From an uncultured Streptococcus sp. (GTDB lineage Bacteria > Bacillota > Bacilli > Lactobacillales > Streptococcaceae), in the NCBI GenBank assembly GCA_963518235.1, contig CAUQIP010000007.1, positions 5,526 through 69,525 on the forward strand: DNA of 64,000 nt, given 5' to 3'. The notes below the pieces were generated by a model. It had not been told where the DNA came from, ran no database searches, and saw nothing but the letters and a program-made list of their open reading frames with translations. This document shows positions 12,178 through 21,488 of this stretch, in pieces. Every line of letters starts with the position of its first letter. Position 1 is the stretch's first letter. The translations under genes were made by a program, and so were the position numbers.

Positions 12178-13436
12178 CAGTCCACCATTTGTGGATTTTC
12201 AACCACAACCCAAGGCAAACCATACTCATTCAAAGCTTCCATGAATGGATCTGGATCCAATTCTTCAAGGTTATACACTCCAGCTTGTTTCCAAGTACCG
12301 TTCATGACTAATTTTGTCCCAATCATGGCTGGAACACCTGTCGTGTAAGAAATTGCTTGTGAACCAACTTCTGCGTAACATTCCTGATGGTCGCAAACAT
12401 TGTAGATGTAGATGGTTTTTTCAACGCCATCTTTGACACCTGTAAAGATACAACCGATATTGGTTTTACCAACAGTGCGTGGACCAAGGCTGGCTGGATC
12501 TGGAAGCAAGGCTTTCAAAAATTGAATCGGAACGATGTCTTGTCCATTGAAGTTAATGGTATCCGTACGAAGGAGCCCAACATTTTCAAGACATTTCATG
12601 TGCGTTAGATAAGATTGACCAAAAGTCATAAAGAAGCGAATGCGTTTGACACCTGGAATGTTCTTAGCCAATGATTCGATTTCTTCATGGTGAAGGAGGT
12701 ACATATCTTTTTGCCCAACTTGAGGGAAATCGTACTCACGCTTGATTGACATAGCCTCAACCTCAACCCACTTACCATCTTCCCAGTAAGAACCTGGAGC
12801 TGAAACCTCTCGTAGGTTGATTTCTGGATTGAAGTTAGTTGCAAATGGATAACCGTGATCCCCACCATTACAGTCCAAAATATCGATATAGTGGATTTCA
12901 TCAAAATAATGTTTAAGGGCATAAGCTGAGAAAACGCTAGTCACACCTGGATCAAAACCAGAACCAAGAAGAGCGATCAAGCCAGCTTCCTTGAATTTCT
13001 CCTGATAAGCCCACTGCCATGAATAATCAAAGTAGGCTGTAAATCCAAGTTCCTTACAGCGTTTTTCGTAGATAGCACGCCACTCAGGGTCTTCTGTATC
13101 CTCGGCTTCGTAGTTGGCTGTATCGATATAGTGAACACCTGTTGCCAAACAAGCGTCCATAATGGTTAAATCTTGATATGGTAGTGCTACGTTCAAAACA
13201 GCTTCTGGTTTGTAGCTTTCAATCAAAGCAATCACTTCTTGAACCTTGTCAGCATCAAGAGCCGCTGTCTCAATCTTAGTATTTGTTTTGCCTTCTAATT
13301 TAGCTTTCAAGTCATCGCATTTTGACTTGGTACGACTAGCAATCATAATTTCTGTAAAGGTTTCGCTATCTTGACAAATCTTTGAAATAGCAACTTGGGC
13401 AACGCCCCCACATCCAATAACTAGTAAACGACTCAT
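12177..13436 (-). CDS. Saccharopine dehydrogenase-family protein (carboxynorspermidine synthase/dehydrogenase-like)
   Basis: N-terminal Rossmann motif LVIGCGGVAQ; 419 aa; paired with nspC as in the alternative spermidine pathway. Confidence 0.75.
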   Translation of the reverse strand: MSRLLVIGCGGVAQVAISKICQDSETFTEIMIASRTKSKCDDLKAKLEGKTNTKIETAALDADKVQEVIALIESYKPEAVLNVALPYQDLTIMDACLATGVHYIDTANYEAEDTEDPEWRAIYEKRCKELGFTAYFDYSWQWAYQEKFKEAGLIALLGSGFDPGVTSVFSAYALKHYFDEIHYIDILDCNGGDHGYPFATNFNPEINLREVSAPGSYWEDGKWVEVEAMSIKREYDFPQVGQKDMYLLHHEEIESLAKNIPGVKRIRFFMTFGQSYLTHMKCLENVGLLRTDTINFNGQDIVPIQFLKALLPDPASLGPRTVGKTNIGCIFTGVKDGVEKTIYIYNVCDHQECYAEVGSQAISYTTGVPAMIGTKLVMNGTWKQAGVYNLEELDPDPFMEALNEYGLPWVVVENPQMVD

Positions 13437-14293
13437 TTTTTTCCTTCCTCTTCTTCTAAAATATCCTCAACATACTTGGGCAACATAAAGGCCCCCACGT
13501 GTAAGTTTGCAGTGTAGTATTCTGTGAAAAGCTGACGTTTTTTCCAGCCTTCCTTGTCAAAATCTTTGACGGGATGGTATTTTTTCGATGCAAACCCAAA
13601 CAACCAATAACCAGCAGGACTGGTTGGAATGTGGGCCTGATAGACCCGGCTGATTGGAAAGGCTTGATTGACCTTTCGGTGCATGCTTCGGCAAGCCGAC
13701 TCATCCTCATCAAAGAAGGGACTCCCATGCTGGTAAATCATGATGCCGTCTTCTTTCAATGCTCTGTAACTGTTTCCGTAAAATTCCTTGGTAAAGAGCC
13801 CTTCCGTATGTCCAAATGGATCTGTCGCATCGTTGATAATGATATCGTAATCATCTTCGCAGTTTCGCAAAAAGCGTAGCCCATTTTGATAGTAAATGGT
13901 AACACGAGAATCATCTAACCCCGCAGCAAAATCTGGAAAATACTCACGACAAACCTCAACCAACATCTCATCTGGTTCCACGATATCGATTTGTTCCAGC
14001 TCAGGATAGAGTGTTAATACTTGGGCAACACCGCCGTCACCACCCCCAATAACCAAGACTTTCTTGGGATTTGGGTGGACAGCCATGGGAACGTGAACAG
14101 TCATTTCGTTGTAGACAAAATCATCTGCATCTGAAAACAAGACATGGCCGTTTAAAATCAATATCTTTCCAAAAGCTGGAGTATCTAATACTTCAATATC
14201 CTGCCACTCACTTTTTCCAGCATAGAGTTGCTTGGCTGTTCTCAGGGACAATTTGACATCTGGAGTATGAACTTCAGAAAACCATAAATCCAT
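13433..14293 (-). CDS. speE: Spermidine synthase (polyamine aminopropyltransferase)
   Basis: VLVIGGGDGG motif and the SpeE-like N-terminus MDLWFSE; 286 aa. Confidence 0.85.
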   Translation of the reverse strand: MDLWFSEVHTPDVKLSLRTAKQLYAGKSEWQDIEVLDTPAFGKILILNGHVLFSDADDFVYNEMTVHVPMAVHPNPKKVLVIGGGDGGVAQVLTLYPELEQIDIVEPDEMLVEVCREYFPDFAAGLDDSRVTIYYQNGLRFLRNCEDDYDIIINDATDPFGHTEGLFTKEFYGNSYRALKEDGIMIYQHGSPFFDEDESACRSMHRKVNQAFPISRVYQAHIPTSPAGYWLFGFASKKYHPVKDFDKEGWKKRQLFTEYYTANLHVGAFMLPKYVEDILEEEEGKK

Positions 14294-15754
14294 CTAGTTC
14301 TCCTTTCTCTTAATGACGTTGATGTGATTGACCTCTGGATCTTCCGTCCCTTGGAGGGAGCAACCACGTTCCTTGGCAAATTGGATATAGCCGACAATTT
14401 CTCGTGTAATGCGTTCACCTGGTGCTAGAATTGGAATTCCTGGAGGATAGCACATGACAAATTCCCCACATACTTGTCCAACAGATTCATCCAAGGTCAA
14501 ACTTTTTCTCTCTGAATAAAAGGCTTCCTGAGGAGATAGGACCAACTCAGGCTGAATATATTCTCCAGCTATCAAGTCCTTCCCATCTCGTGAATAGAGT
14601 CTCTTGATATCAGCCAAAGCACCGACCAAGCGCTCGATGTCTTGGATACGGTCACCAATCGAAATATAGGCCAAGATATTACCGATATCACCAAACTCAA
14701 TCTGAATGTCGTATTCGTCTCGTAGGAGGTCATAAACCTCGATACCTGTTAAGCCAATACCCTGAGTGTAAACTGACAGCTTGGTTACATCAAAATCGCA
14801 AACGGACACTCCGTCTATTAACTCTTTTGAATAGGCGTAATAACCGCCAATAGCATTGATTTCACGGCGAGCATACTCGGATAGCTCAATGACTTTCTCA
14901 AACGACTCTTTACCACGAAGGGCCAAGTTGCGACGTGAAATATCCAAACTAGCCATCAACAAATAAGAGGCGGATGTTGACTGGGTCAGGTTGATAATCT
15001 GACGAACGTATTCAGGATTCATCTGCTCCCCGATTAAAAGAAGCGAGCTTTGTGTCAAACTCCCACCAGACTTATGCATGGAAACTGCTGCCATATCAGC
15101 ACCTGCATCCATAGCAGAAATTGGAAGTTTATCAGTAAAATGCAAATGCGCTCCGTGGGCTTCATCTACTAAAACCATCATGCCAGCTTCATGAGCCATT
15201 TCTGTCAACCCCTTTAAGTCTGAACAGATTCCGTAGTAAGTAGGATTGTTAATCAAAATGGCCTTGGCATCTGGATGGTCCTTTATGGCCTTAGCTACTC
15301 GATCATTTTCAAGACCTAAAGCGATACCAATCTTAGGATCTACACTCATCTCAATATAGATGGGAATAGCACCACATAGAACCAGCGCATTAATAGCAGA
15401 TTTATGGACATTACGTGGCAGAATAATCTTATCTCCTGCCTTGCAGGTTGACAGAATCATGGTCTGCACCGATGAAGTTGTTCCCCCAATCATGAGAAAG
15501 GCATGGGCTGCTCCAAAAGCATCAGCTGCCAGCTCCTCTGCATCCCGAATAATCGAAATGGGGTGACCAAGATTATCCAAGGGTTTCATCGAATTGACAT
15601 CAATGCCTACACATTTTTCACCTAGCAGTTCGACAAGTTCTGGATTTCCCCGTCCACGCTTGTGACCTGGAACATCAAAGGGAACAATCCTTTTCTTGCG
15701 TAACTTCACCATGGCCTCATAAATTGGGGCCTGGTTTTGATCTAACTCTTTCAA
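14294..15754 (-). CDS. speA: Orn/Lys/Arg decarboxylase family PLP enzyme, first gene of the polyamine operon
   Basis: PLP-lysine context SMHKSGGSL; 486 aa. It uses a TTG start 7 nt after AAAGGAG. Arg versus Lys substrate cannot be decided from the sequence. Confidence 0.75.
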   Translation of the reverse strand: MKELDQNQAPIYEAMVKLRKKRIVPFDVPGHKRGRGNPELVELLGEKCVGIDVNSMKPLDNLGHPISIIRDAEELAADAFGAAHAFLMIGGTTSSVQTMILSTCKAGDKIILPRNVHKSAINALVLCGAIPIYIEMSVDPKIGIALGLENDRVAKAIKDHPDAKAILINNPTYYGICSDLKGLTEMAHEAGMMVLVDEAHGAHLHFTDKLPISAMDAGADMAAVSMHKSGGSLTQSSLLLIGEQMNPEYVRQIINLTQSTSASYLLMASLDISRRNLALRGKESFEKVIELSEYARREINAIGGYYAYSKELIDGVSVCDFDVTKLSVYTQGIGLTGIEVYDLLRDEYDIQIEFGDIGNILAYISIGDRIQDIERLVGALADIKRLYSRDGKDLIAGEYIQPELVLSPQEAFYSERKSLTLDESVGQVCGEFVMCYPPGIPILAPGERITREIVGYIQFAKERGCSLQGTEDPEVNHINVIKRKEN

Positions 15755-15818
15755 GACATACTCCTTTACCGTATTTTTAGCGCTTCAAGAAGACGAAGGC
15801 GACTAAAGGTTGACTCAT

Positions 15819-15846
15819 GAAAAAAGAGCAGGTTTTCACCTGCTCT
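15819..15846 (-). terminator. Intrinsic terminator/attenuator hairpin inside the polyamine operon leader
   Basis: The RNA reads AGAGCAGG-UGAAAA-CCUGCUCU followed by UUUUUU, about 65 nt upstream of the TTG start. Confidence 0.5.
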
Positions 15847-16153
15847 GCAATCTTCTGACGTTTTTATGTTTGTTTCTGTTGAGTATGTCTGTTCCCGATG
15901 TTTCCTAACTCTCTAGTAGCAAATATTACGTACTTTATTGATCGTTTCACAAGATGACGTGTGCTTTCACCACACTAAAAATTTATGAATTAGGACAAGT
16001 GTCCTAACATCAACTTATAAAAGTAGGCTTTTAACCCTATCAATAATGTGGTTTTTCAACCACGCTTCGGCATTCAACCCTGCCTGTCCGTAGGCATTTT
16101 TTACTCGGGTTTATATTTGCTAGAAAACATCATCTCATTTTCTAAGCTCCATT

Positions 16154-16182
16154 ACTATATCATGTTTTCAAGAACTTGTAAA
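16154..16182 (-). promoter_or_regulatory. Sigma-70 type promoter of the polyamine operon leader
   Basis: TTTACA-N17-TATAGT on the minus strand (-35 at 16182..16177, -10 at 16159..16154). Confidence 0.5.
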
Positions 16183-16465
16183 GCGTTTTACGAAAAAAAT
16201 ATAAAAAAGTTCGCAAAATATTTGGATTTTATTTGATTTAATACTAATTATTTTCTTGTAAACGATTATAACATGAACGAAATACTTATTCTATGTCACT
16301 AAAAGTAATCGAAAATCATTCTATGCTCTTTACATTCGATGTTTGATCTATTAGAGAAGATGTCGGCATTTTTATATCATTAAAATCGTGCAACTTTTTT
16401 CAGATACTTTTAAAAGATTGATTTCCTTATATTTTTCCTTTATACTGGATAAAAAGGAGAATAGT

Positions 16466-17161
16466 ATGTCAGAAACAAATCACGAAATTGATTCAAATTT
16501 TGCAGGTCGTTTAAATATCCTGCGTGCGGGTGTTCTTGGTGCCAATGATGGAATTATTTCCATTGCTGGTGTGGTTATCGGGGTTGCTAGTGCCACGAGC
16601 AATATCTGGATTATCTTTTTATCAGGTTTTGCGGCTATCTTAGCTGGTGCCTTTTCAATGGCTGGTGGAGAATATGTGTCCGTTTCAACTCAAAAAGATA
16701 CCGAGGAAGCAGCCGTTGCGCGTGAGCAAGTCTTGCTAGACCAAGATATAGAGTTAGCTAAAAAATCTCTCTATGCGGCCTATATTCAAAATGGTGAGTG
16801 TGAAACATCAGCCCAACTTCTCACCAACAAAGCCTTTTTAAATAATCCGCTCAAGGCTTTGGTAGAGGAAAAATATGGGATTGAGTATGAAGAGTTTACC
16901 AATCCTTGGCATGCTGCTATCTCTAGCTTTATTTCTTTTTTCCTTGGAAGTTTGCCTCCAATGCTTTCAGTAACTATTTTTCCAAGTGAATACCGCATCC
17001 CTGCTACTGTCCTTATCGTCGGTGTGGCCCTTCTTCTCACTGGTTACACTAGTGCCAAACTTGGAAAAGCCCCAACCCAAACAGCCATGATTCGGAACCT
17101 TGCTATTGGTATCTTAACTATGGGCGTTACCTTCTTACTTGGACAACTTTTCAGCATTTAG
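16466..17161 (+). CDS. VIT1/CCC1-family (iron/manganese) transporter
   Basis: The N-terminal region LRAGVLGANDGIISIAGVV is typical of the VIT family. The start was set at MSETNH, after AAAAGGAGAATAGT. A TTGATT-N17-TATACT promoter lies upstream. Confidence 0.8.
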   Translation: MSETNHEIDSNFAGRLNILRAGVLGANDGIISIAGVVIGVASATSNIWIIFLSGFAAILAGAFSMAGGEYVSVSTQKDTEEAAVAREQVLLDQDIELAKKSLYAAYIQNGECETSAQLLTNKAFLNNPLKALVEEKYGIEYEEFTNPWHAAISSFISFFLGSLPPMLSVTIFPSEYRIPATVLIVGVALLLTGYTSAKLGKAPTQTAMIRNLAIGILTMGVTFLLGQLFSI

Positions 17162-17171
17162 AAGACAAGAA

Positions 17172-17204
17172 ATACCTCGATTTTGAAGTCGAGGTATCTT
17201 TTTT
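17172..17204. terminator. Bidirectional terminator between the VIT gene and the BceB-like gene
   Basis: Stem ATACCTCGA/TCGAGGTAT with a T-run on one side and an A-rich tract on the other. Confidence 0.7.
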
Positions 17205-19191
17205 ACATTTGGACAATCTTGCGATAGCTTCTTGAAGTAATCATGAAAATCAGCACATAAGCGATGAGGAAGATAGCGCAGATAGACAAGGTCACAGTCA
17301 ACATCATAGTCGTATCTATTACACCAATCACTTTTAAAATCAAGCTAAGCATATGGTAGGCAAAGGCTAGATGTATGAAGGCAAAGAGCAAAGGAAGGAA
17401 GAAAACAGTTAAAACCTGTTTGTTAATGGTTTGCTTGATTTGCTTCTGATCTAAACCGACTTTCTGCAAGATAATAAAGCGTTCACGGTCTTCATAGCCT
17501 TCAGAAATTTGTTTGTAATAGATGACCAGAACAGTTCCGACCATAAAGATAATGGATAGGAAAATACCGATAAAGAAGACACCACCAAAGAGGGCACTCA
17601 TCTGAGAACTAGCATCTGCTAGATTGCTACCATAAACATAGCTACCTTCCTTGTTTAATTGAGCATTAAATTGATTGAGGTATTTATCATATTCTTCAGC
17701 AACCTTGAGTTGTTCTTCTTCGCTGGCATTTACATTCATGCCACCGTAAAACTGATTATAGATAGCCGAATCTGGGAATTGATCCAAAAATGCTTGCAAA
17801 TTAGGAACAACAAGGTAATTGTAATCAGCAGTCAAAATATTAAACTGATTTGGGACATGGTTGACAATGAAATCTTTAGTAAATTCTTCTTTGACAGAAA
17901 ATTGATGATCATTTAGAGTTAGTGCTTTCTGTCCTTTCAGTCCGTCATTTTTGGCAAAGAGACCGACCTCATTTCCTGATAGAGACAGTTTTTGACCAGT
18001 CATATTTTCATAATCTTTTTGGTCAAATACCATGAAAACTGTTGTGGGTTGGACACGATTTTGTCCTTTTTCAAAAAGGGTTAACTTGGTTCCTTCTTGG
18101 TTTGCAACACCAAAGTAAGTGTAACGAAGCACTTCTTTCTCTTTAATCTTATAACCTTTGTCGCTTGCAAACTGGCTCAAGAGTTTGTCCAAGTCTTCTT
18201 TTTCAACATTTTGCCCTGAAACCCCAAAATCATGAGGATTTAGAACTTTTTTAAAGGATTCTGAAGCATTGAAAATGCTTGTCGCTGCAGACATGGTTAC
18301 CAAAACCATTGTTGACAAGATAGCGATAGTTGCTAGTCCAACCGCATTTTTCTTCATACGGAAAATCAAGTTAGACACTGAGATCAGGTTATTTGGTTGG
18401 TAATAATATTTCTTGTTTTTCTTTAAGATTTGAAGGAAAACGGTAATTCCTGCATTAAACAATAGATAAGTACCAAAGATAACCAGTAAAACAGCTAAGA
18501 AGAAGGTTGTTAAGGCTGTCAGAGGATCTTTTACTGTAAGGGCAAGATAATAGCCAATCCCTAAACTTATGGAACCAAGAATGGTTTGTAGAGGAAGGAA
18601 ACGACCTTTTTTCTCACCGCTAGCTTTCTCACGAGAGAGCTGGAGGGCATTCATACGGGCGATTCGAAGGGCATTCAGGAACACGAGGCCTAGGAAAATC
18701 AAACCGAAGACAACAAGTACTGTAATGACAACTTTCATCTGGAAGGTAGCGACTAGTTCAACCTTCAATTTCATCAGTTTGAGCAAGAAAGCGAAAATCA
18801 ACTTATCAAATAAGGCTCCAATACCGATTCCTGCTCCAACAGTTAGAATCCCAAATAGCACTAACTCCTTAAAGGTCATACTGATCAGATGACGCTTCTC
18901 CAAGCCTAACATGCCATAAATTCCCAGTTCCTTGGAACGGTTCTTCATGACAAAACTATTGGCATAGAGGACGATAATGGCTGACGCAAGGGTGACGACA
19001 AACATACCAAATCCAAGAGTAGCTTGAATGGTGGATCCTCCACGAATTTCCGCAATCTTTGGATTGAAGGTCAGAGAGTAAAAGAGGTAGGTGACAGTGA
19101 CTGCCAAGAGAACAGCCAGCGCAAAAGGATAGTAGAGTTTGCGGTTTTTAATCAAGTTCGATACCGCTAACTTATTGGTTAATCGAAACAT
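17203..19191 (-). CDS. BceB-type FtsX-family ABC permease (antimicrobial-peptide resistance type)
   Basis: 662 aa with roughly 10 TM segments and a large extracellular loop in the middle (residues about 300-520), as in BceB. Confidence 0.85.
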   Translation of the reverse strand: MFRLTNKLAVSNLIKNRKLYYPFALAVLLAVTVTYLFYSLTFNPKIAEIRGGSTIQATLGFGMFVVTLASAIIVLYANSFVMKNRSKELGIYGMLGLEKRHLISMTFKELVLFGILTVGAGIGIGALFDKLIFAFLLKLMKLKVELVATFQMKVVITVLVVFGLIFLGLVFLNALRIARMNALQLSREKASGEKKGRFLPLQTILGSISLGIGYYLALTVKDPLTALTTFFLAVLLVIFGTYLLFNAGITVFLQILKKNKKYYYQPNNLISVSNLIFRMKKNAVGLATIAILSTMVLVTMSAATSIFNASESFKKVLNPHDFGVSGQNVEKEDLDKLLSQFASDKGYKIKEKEVLRYTYFGVANQEGTKLTLFEKGQNRVQPTTVFMVFDQKDYENMTGQKLSLSGNEVGLFAKNDGLKGQKALTLNDHQFSVKEEFTKDFIVNHVPNQFNILTADYNYLVVPNLQAFLDQFPDSAIYNQFYGGMNVNASEEEQLKVAEEYDKYLNQFNAQLNKEGSYVYGSNLADASSQMSALFGGVFFIGIFLSIIFMVGTVLVIYYKQISEGYEDRERFIILQKVGLDQKQIKQTINKQVLTVFFLPLLFAFIHLAFAYHMLSLILKVIGVIDTTMMLTVTLSICAIFLIAYVLIFMITSRSYRKIVQM

Positions 19192-19192
19192 A

Positions 19193-19951
19193 CTAATTCA
19201 CCTCGCTTGCCATCACAGTCAAGGTATCAGAGATTTCTTGGAACATCTGACGTTCTGTCTTCTCTCCACGGTAGATTTGGTTGTAAAGAATGCCGTCTTT
19301 GATAAAGAGCACACGCTTGGCTCTGCTGGCTGCTGCCGTTGAGTGAGTTACCATGAGAATAGTTTGGCCGCGCTCATTGATTTCATCAAAAACATCAAGT
19401 AAAGCTGCAGATGATTTGGAGTCAAGGGCTCCTGTTGGCTCATCCGCAAGAAGAATTTCAGGTTCTGTGATGATGGCACGGGCTACTGCTACACGCTGTT
19501 TCTGCCCACCTGAAATCTCGTAAGGGTACTTCTCTTGCAATTGGTTGATTCCCAGATTCTCAGCTGTCACCACCAATTTCTTCATCATCTCCGTAATGGG
19601 TCTTCTTGACAATACAAGCGGAAGCAAGATATTATCCTTGACAGAGAGCGTATCTAGCAAGTTAAAGTCTTGGAAGACAAAGCCCAACTTTTCACGACGG
19701 AAACTCGAAGCCTGTGAATTTTTGATGGTTGCGGTGTCAGTTCCATTCAAGTAAACCTGACCACGAGTTGGTTTATCCAGCATAGCTAGGATATTGAGAA
19801 GAGTTGATTTACCAGAACCAGACTCACCCATGATGGCAACGTAGTCGCCCTTTTCGACGGTAAAGTGAATATCCTTGAGAGCTTCTACTTGGTTGCCCTG
19901 AAAACGAGTTTTATAAATTTTTTGAACGTGTTTTACATCTAAAAGTGTCAT
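19193..19951 (-). CDS. BceA-type ABC ATP-binding protein
   Basis: Walker [10 protein letters not shown], signature ISGGQKQR and Walker [12 protein letters not shown]. The start was set at MTLLDVKH, after GAAAGGAG. Confidence 0.85.
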   Translation of the reverse strand: MTLLDVKHVQKIYKTRFQGNQVEALKDIHFTVEKGDYVAIMGESGSGKSTLLNILAMLDKPTRGQVYLNGTDTATIKNSQASSFRREKLGFVFQDFNLLDTLSVKDNILLPLVLSRRPITEMMKKLVVTAENLGINQLQEKYPYEISGGQKQRVAVARAIITEPEILLADEPTGALDSKSSAALLDVFDEINERGQTILMVTHSTAAASRAKRVLFIKDGILYNQIYRGEKTERQMFQEISDTLTVMASEVN

Positions 19952-19965
19952 GAGAATCTCCTTTC

Positions 19966-20076
19966 TTAATATCCCATCAAATGAAATGTTGCTTGCATCA
20001 TAGCGCATCCCAGCTGAACACACTCGATATCTTTGTGACTTGGTTTTCTTGTTTTCTTCTGTAAGATTTGTTTCAT
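19966..20076 (-). CDS. Candidate 36-codon upstream ORF (MKQILQKKTRKPSHKDIECVQLGCAMMQATFHLMGY)
   Basis: RBS AAAGGAG lies 7 nt before the ATG, and the stop lies 14 nt before the bceA-like ATG. The ORF is too short for the ORF track. Confidence 0.3.
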   Translation of the reverse strand: MKQILQKKTRKPSHKDIECVQLGCAMMQATFHLMGY

Positions 20077-20160
20077 GATGTTACTCCTTTGTTCTTTATG
20101 AGTCTAGTTTACATCAAAAAAAGACTGCTTGCCATAACCTAACCTTACAAAAGAGACTTT

Positions 20161-20182
20161 AATCTTACATTTTTGTAAGATT
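20161..20182. promoter_or_regulatory. Perfect 9-bp inverted repeat AATCTTACA-TTTT-TGTAAGATT, a candidate BceR-type operator
   Basis: Seen directly in the sequence. Extra half-sites are CTTACAAAA (20144..20152) and ATGTAAG (20190..20196). The repeat lies upstream of the uORF and the bceAB-like genes. Confidence 0.45.
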
Positions 20183-20377
20183 GGGGGGAATGTAAGCAAA
20201 ATTACTTAAAAATGATTTGATTTCCTATTTTTAAAGTTGTAAAATATAAGTGTGAAAAGGCTTACTTTGGAGAGGAGGAATCGAAACTATCATTTGAGTA
20301 AGCTTACCTAGATGAAACACCAATAAATTGAACACTTACAAGTCCGTCCTCCCCATAAAGAAAGAAGGTGCACTTTA

Positions 20378-20575
20378 ATGAAACACAAAGAACATATACT
20401 CATCGGAATTCTCTATCTCCTCTCTCCATTCATCGGTCAGCTCTTAGTTGAAAAAACATACTTTATCGGTACAGAATTTACAGCTACTGCTTATGCTATT
20501 TGCTGGTTATCAGTTGTTATCAGCATCCACCATTTTTCAAAAAATGTATTGTCTCAGCAAGAAAAATCAGATTAG
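20378..20575 (+). CDS. Small hypothetical membrane protein (65 aa)
   Basis: Two predicted hydrophobic helices and an AGAAGG-type RBS upstream. Confidence 0.4.
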   Translation: MKHKEHILIGILYLLSPFIGQLLVEKTYFIGTEFTATAYAICWLSVVISIHHFSKNVLSQQEKSD

Positions 20576-20636
20576 AAAACCTGAGTTTAAAATAATATTT
20601 TGTATATGAGGCTGAGAAAATCTTATTAAAAGTAAA

Positions 20637-20682
20637 AAAGCTTTAAATCAAGCAGTTTAGACTATTGATTTAAAGCTTTTTG
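20637..20682. terminator. Bidirectional terminator hairpin
   Basis: 14-bp stem AAAGCTTTAAATCA/TGATTTAAAGCTTT flanked by A and T runs. Confidence 0.6.
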
Positions 20683-20707
20683 CTTATTCCAAATCTTTTG
20701 AAGAACC

Positions 20708-20980
20708 TCACCAAAACCAGCCTTCATTATCGTCAATGGTTTGGGCTTCTTTGCGTTTGCGTGGGCCTGTTCCATACATTTCTGCTTCGATTTCTTCCTT
20801 GGTTGGCATGATAGAAGCTAGGACGATATAGATAATCACGCCAAGTCCAAAGTTTGCAACTGTAAAAATGGCAAACAAAAAACGAACAAGGGTAACATCA
20901 AAGTTCCACTTGTCTGATAGACCTGCCAGAACTCCTGAAATCATGCGATTTCGTCTCATTTTATAAAATTTACTGTTCAT
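20708..20980 (-). CDS. PspC-domain membrane protein
   Basis: KFYKMRRNRMISGVLAGLSDKW is the PspC motif. The start was set at MNSKFY, after GAAAGAGGAAA. Confidence 0.75.
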   Translation of the reverse strand: MNSKFYKMRRNRMISGVLAGLSDKWNFDVTLVRFLFAIFTVANFGLGVIIYIVLASIMPTKEEIEAEMYGTGPRKRKEAQTIDDNEGWFW

Positions 20981-21038
20981 GATATTTCCTCTTTCTGCTA
21001 GGTTAGACATAGTATATCACGGGTAGGCTCGGCTTTCA

Positions 21039-21488
21039 TCAGTCCTCAGGCTGATTTACTAGTAGCAATTTACCTCGACAAAGTCCACAGCGATAGCGTT
21101 TGGTATCAATCCTTCGCTTGCGATGATAAGTTTGCTGGCAGGATTGGCAACGATAGAGCTTGATTGGCTTGGAGTTGCTATTGGGCAAGGAAGGCACAAA
21201 GCGTAATCCATCCACTGCTTTCAACAGTTCCTTAAAATCCCTATCCTTGTGTTGATAGCCCTTCCCTTGAAAATAGAGGTGATAGTGACAGAGTTCGTGG
21301 CGAACAATTTTCCTAAAAACGTCTAAACCAAGTTCCTGATAAACCTTGGGATTAAAATCCAAGTGCCCATCTTTTGGGAAAAATCGCCCACCTGTCGAAC
21401 GTAGACGCCTATTCCACTGGGCATGATGGATAAAAGGTCTCCCGAAGTCTTCTAGCGAAACTTGCTTGACGTAATCAGTCAGTTTCAT
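21039..21488 (-). CDS. SprT-like zinc metalloprotease-domain protein
   Basis: HELCHYHL (HExxH) motif plus a C-terminal CxxC...CxxC zinc ribbon. The start was set at MKLTDYV and overlaps the tex 3' end. Confidence 0.75.
   Translation of the reverse strand: MKLTDYVKQVSLEDFGRPFIHHAQWNRRLRSTGGRFFPKDGHLDFNPKVYQELGLDVFRKIVRHELCHYHLYFQGKGYQHKDRDFKELLKAVDGLRFVPSLPNSNSKPIKLYRCQSCQQTYHRKRRIDTKRYRCGLCRGKLLLVNQPED

Noticed and set aside
15755-16150. Tested whether the polyamine-operon leader is a T-box, lysine (L-box) or guanidine/ykkC riboswitch.
   Set aside because: I could find no T-box consensus (GGGTGGTACCGCG-like), no L-box GAGGCGC/AGTA features and no ykkC GGUCCGAGAG core. The element is kept only as an unclassified leader.
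16237-16465. Looked for a yybP-ykoY manganese riboswitch upstream of the VIT-family transporter, and for a cre-like TGTAAACGATTATAAC.
   Set aside because: No GGGGAGUAG-type conserved core is present. The cre-like sequence misses the conserved 3' half-site. Only an ordinary TTGATT-N17-TATACT promoter is supported.
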